DNA from: Ruminococcus sp.
Lineage (GTDB): Bacteria; Bacillota; Clostridia; Oscillospirales; Ruminococcaceae
Assembly: GCA_021201755.1 (NCBI GenBank)
Contig: JAJQEI010000050.1
Span: 56,110-120,109 of the forward strand
Length of the DNA: 64,000 bases
Direction of reading: 5' to 3'
Part shown: positions 61,547 to 64,000 of the stretch, piece by piece
How positions within the stretch are numbered: the first letter of the stretch is position 1
Layout: each line of letters starts with the position of its first letter
Program-made: the position numbers and the translations under genes
Notes under the pieces: model-generated
Told to the model about the DNA's origin: nothing
The model's input: only the letters and a program-made list of their open reading frames with translations
Database searches by the model: none

Positions 61547-63024
61547 GCGTTTTTCCCTCCTGCACAAATCGATTCCGGCATGACGGAAAAACCGCCGACC
61601 AGTCGTTCATATCCATATGCTGCGTTTAATATTGTCTGTTCCGCAAAAGCATTGCCAACAAACTGCATTCCCAGTGGTAAGCCCATTTCTGACTTTCCAC
61701 AGGGCACACTGATTGCCGGTAAACCGGCGATATTCACCGTCACTGTGCAGACATCACTGTAATACATTTTCAGCGGATCACCAATATTCTCACCAATACG
61801 GAATGCTGCAGAAGGTGCCGTTGGTGTGACGATCACATCACAGTCCTGAAAAGCAACTGTAAACTCTTGCCCAATGCGCCTTTGTACTAGCTTTGCTTTT
61901 TTATAATAAGCATCATAGAAACCAGAACTTAGCACAAATGTACCAAGCATAATCCGGCGTTTCACTTCGTCTCCGAAACCTTCACTTCGTGTCTTTTCAT
62001 ACATATCGGTCAAGTCTGTATACGACTGTGCCCGATAACCATACCGCACGCCGTCAAACCGTGCCAGATTCGAAGAGGCTTCCGCAGATGCAATAATGTA
62101 ATAGGTATTGATGGCATATTCTGTACTAGGAAGTGAAATTTCTTTCACGCTTGCTCCATTTTGTTCAAGCAGACGAATACCCTTCCAGACCGCATCTTTC
62201 ACTTGTGCATCGACACCAGCACCGAAATATTCTTTTGGCACACCAATACGAAGCCCCTTTACATCACCATTTAAATTCTCATATAAGTTCGTATAAGTGC
62301 GATAACTCGATGTTGCATCCATCTTATCATGTCCTTGAATTAAACTTTGCAGCATAGCTGCGTCCTTTACGGACTTCCCCAATAGTCCAATCTGATCCAG
62401 CGAGGAAGCAAACGCCACTAATCCATAGCGTGAGACGCTGCCGTAAGTTGGCTTTAATCCGACCACACCACAAAGCGATGCTGGCTGACGAATCGAACCA
62501 CCAGTATCAGAACCAAGTGTCAAAATCGCTTCTCCTGCGGCAATCGCTGCGGCACTGCCACCAGATGAACCACCAGGGACACAATCCAAGTTATGTGGAT
62601 TATGCGTAGGATGAAAATAAGAAGTTTCCGTAGAAGAACCCATTGCAAATTCATCCATGTTCATTTTTCCTAGAATCACCATCTTCGCATCCCGAATTGG
62701 CTTCATGACGGTCGCATCAAACGGCGGCACATAATTTTCTAGTATACGTGACGAACAGGACGTGCGGATGCCTCTTGTCGAGATATTGTCTTTGATTCCA
62801 ATCGGAATCCCCGCAAGTGGATGCAGTTTTTCACCGGCTACACGGGCATTATCCACTTGTTTTGCCTGCTCAAGTGCGTCTTCACAACGTGTGACATATG
62901 CGCCTACTTGTGACTCGACTGCATCCATTTGTGTCAAAACCTCTTGTGTCAATTCAACTGCACTACACTGTTTTGCCTGAAGCATTTCGGATAATTCCGC
63001 TGCGTTTTTATTTATCAGCTTCAT
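61543..63024 (-). CDS. gatA: Glu-tRNA amidotransferase subunit A
   Basis: IKDNI, GGSSGGS, GSDTGGSIRQPAS, SSNLARFDGVRYG. Confidence 0.98.
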   Translation of the reverse strand: MKLINKNAAELSEMLQAKQCSAVELTQEVLTQMDAVESQVGAYVTRCEDALEQAKQVDNARVAGEKLHPLAGIPIGIKDNISTRGIRTSCSSRILENYVPPFDATVMKPIRDAKMVILGKMNMDEFAMGSSTETSYFHPTHNPHNLDCVPGGSSGGSAAAIAAGEAILTLGSDTGGSIRQPASLCGVVGLKPTYGSVSRYGLVAFASSLDQIGLLGKSVKDAAMLQSLIQGHDKMDATSSYRTYTNLYENLNGDVKGLRIGVPKEYFGAGVDAQVKDAVWKGIRLLEQNGASVKEISLPSTEYAINTYYIIASAEASSNLARFDGVRYGYRAQSYTDLTDMYEKTRSEGFGDEVKRRIMLGTFVLSSGFYDAYYKKAKLVQRRIGQEFTVAFQDCDVIVTPTAPSAAFRIGENIGDPLKMYYSDVCTVTVNIAGLPAISVPCGKSEMGLPLGMQFVGNAFAEQTILNAAYGYERLVGGFSVMPESICAGGKNA

Positions 63025-63041
63025 GAGTTTTAATTTCCTCC

Positions 63042-64000
<959 letters not shown>

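Overview
This is a core-chromosome window from an AT-rich, Ruminococcus-like clostridial bacterium; the taxon is inferred from the dockerin-bearing secreted proteins, a Ruminococcus-type Spo0A, DapL and the glgBCDA genes. It carries the priA-def-fmt-rsmB-rlmN-stp-prkC-rsgA-thiN cluster, a XerC-family recombinase, dapF-dapL-ACT-UPF0210, abrB, tRNA-Lys, sufCBDSU, two SGNH esterases, glgBCDA, spoIIE, moxR-DUF58, nrdDG, pgk-tpiA-gpmI, uvrBA, an RluA-family gene and ligA-gatCAB. I found no CRISPR array, intact IS, prophage or defence island. Two signals stand out. (1) Ongoing genome erosion: 8 dispensable genes, including spo0A and rsmB, are broken by nonsense mutations, small indels or clean internal deletions. 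Every essential gene is open, but several carry substitutions in normally invariant motifs. (2) Gene orientation flips from + to - at about 9-11 kb. At that point a lone tyrosine recombinase is preceded by a partly dif-like 28-mer and an 18-bp palindrome, making this a candidate replication terminus with a self-contained Xer/dif module. Several structured leaders and orphan or face-to-face promoters are also flagged. All family assignments come from motif recognition; no database search was run.
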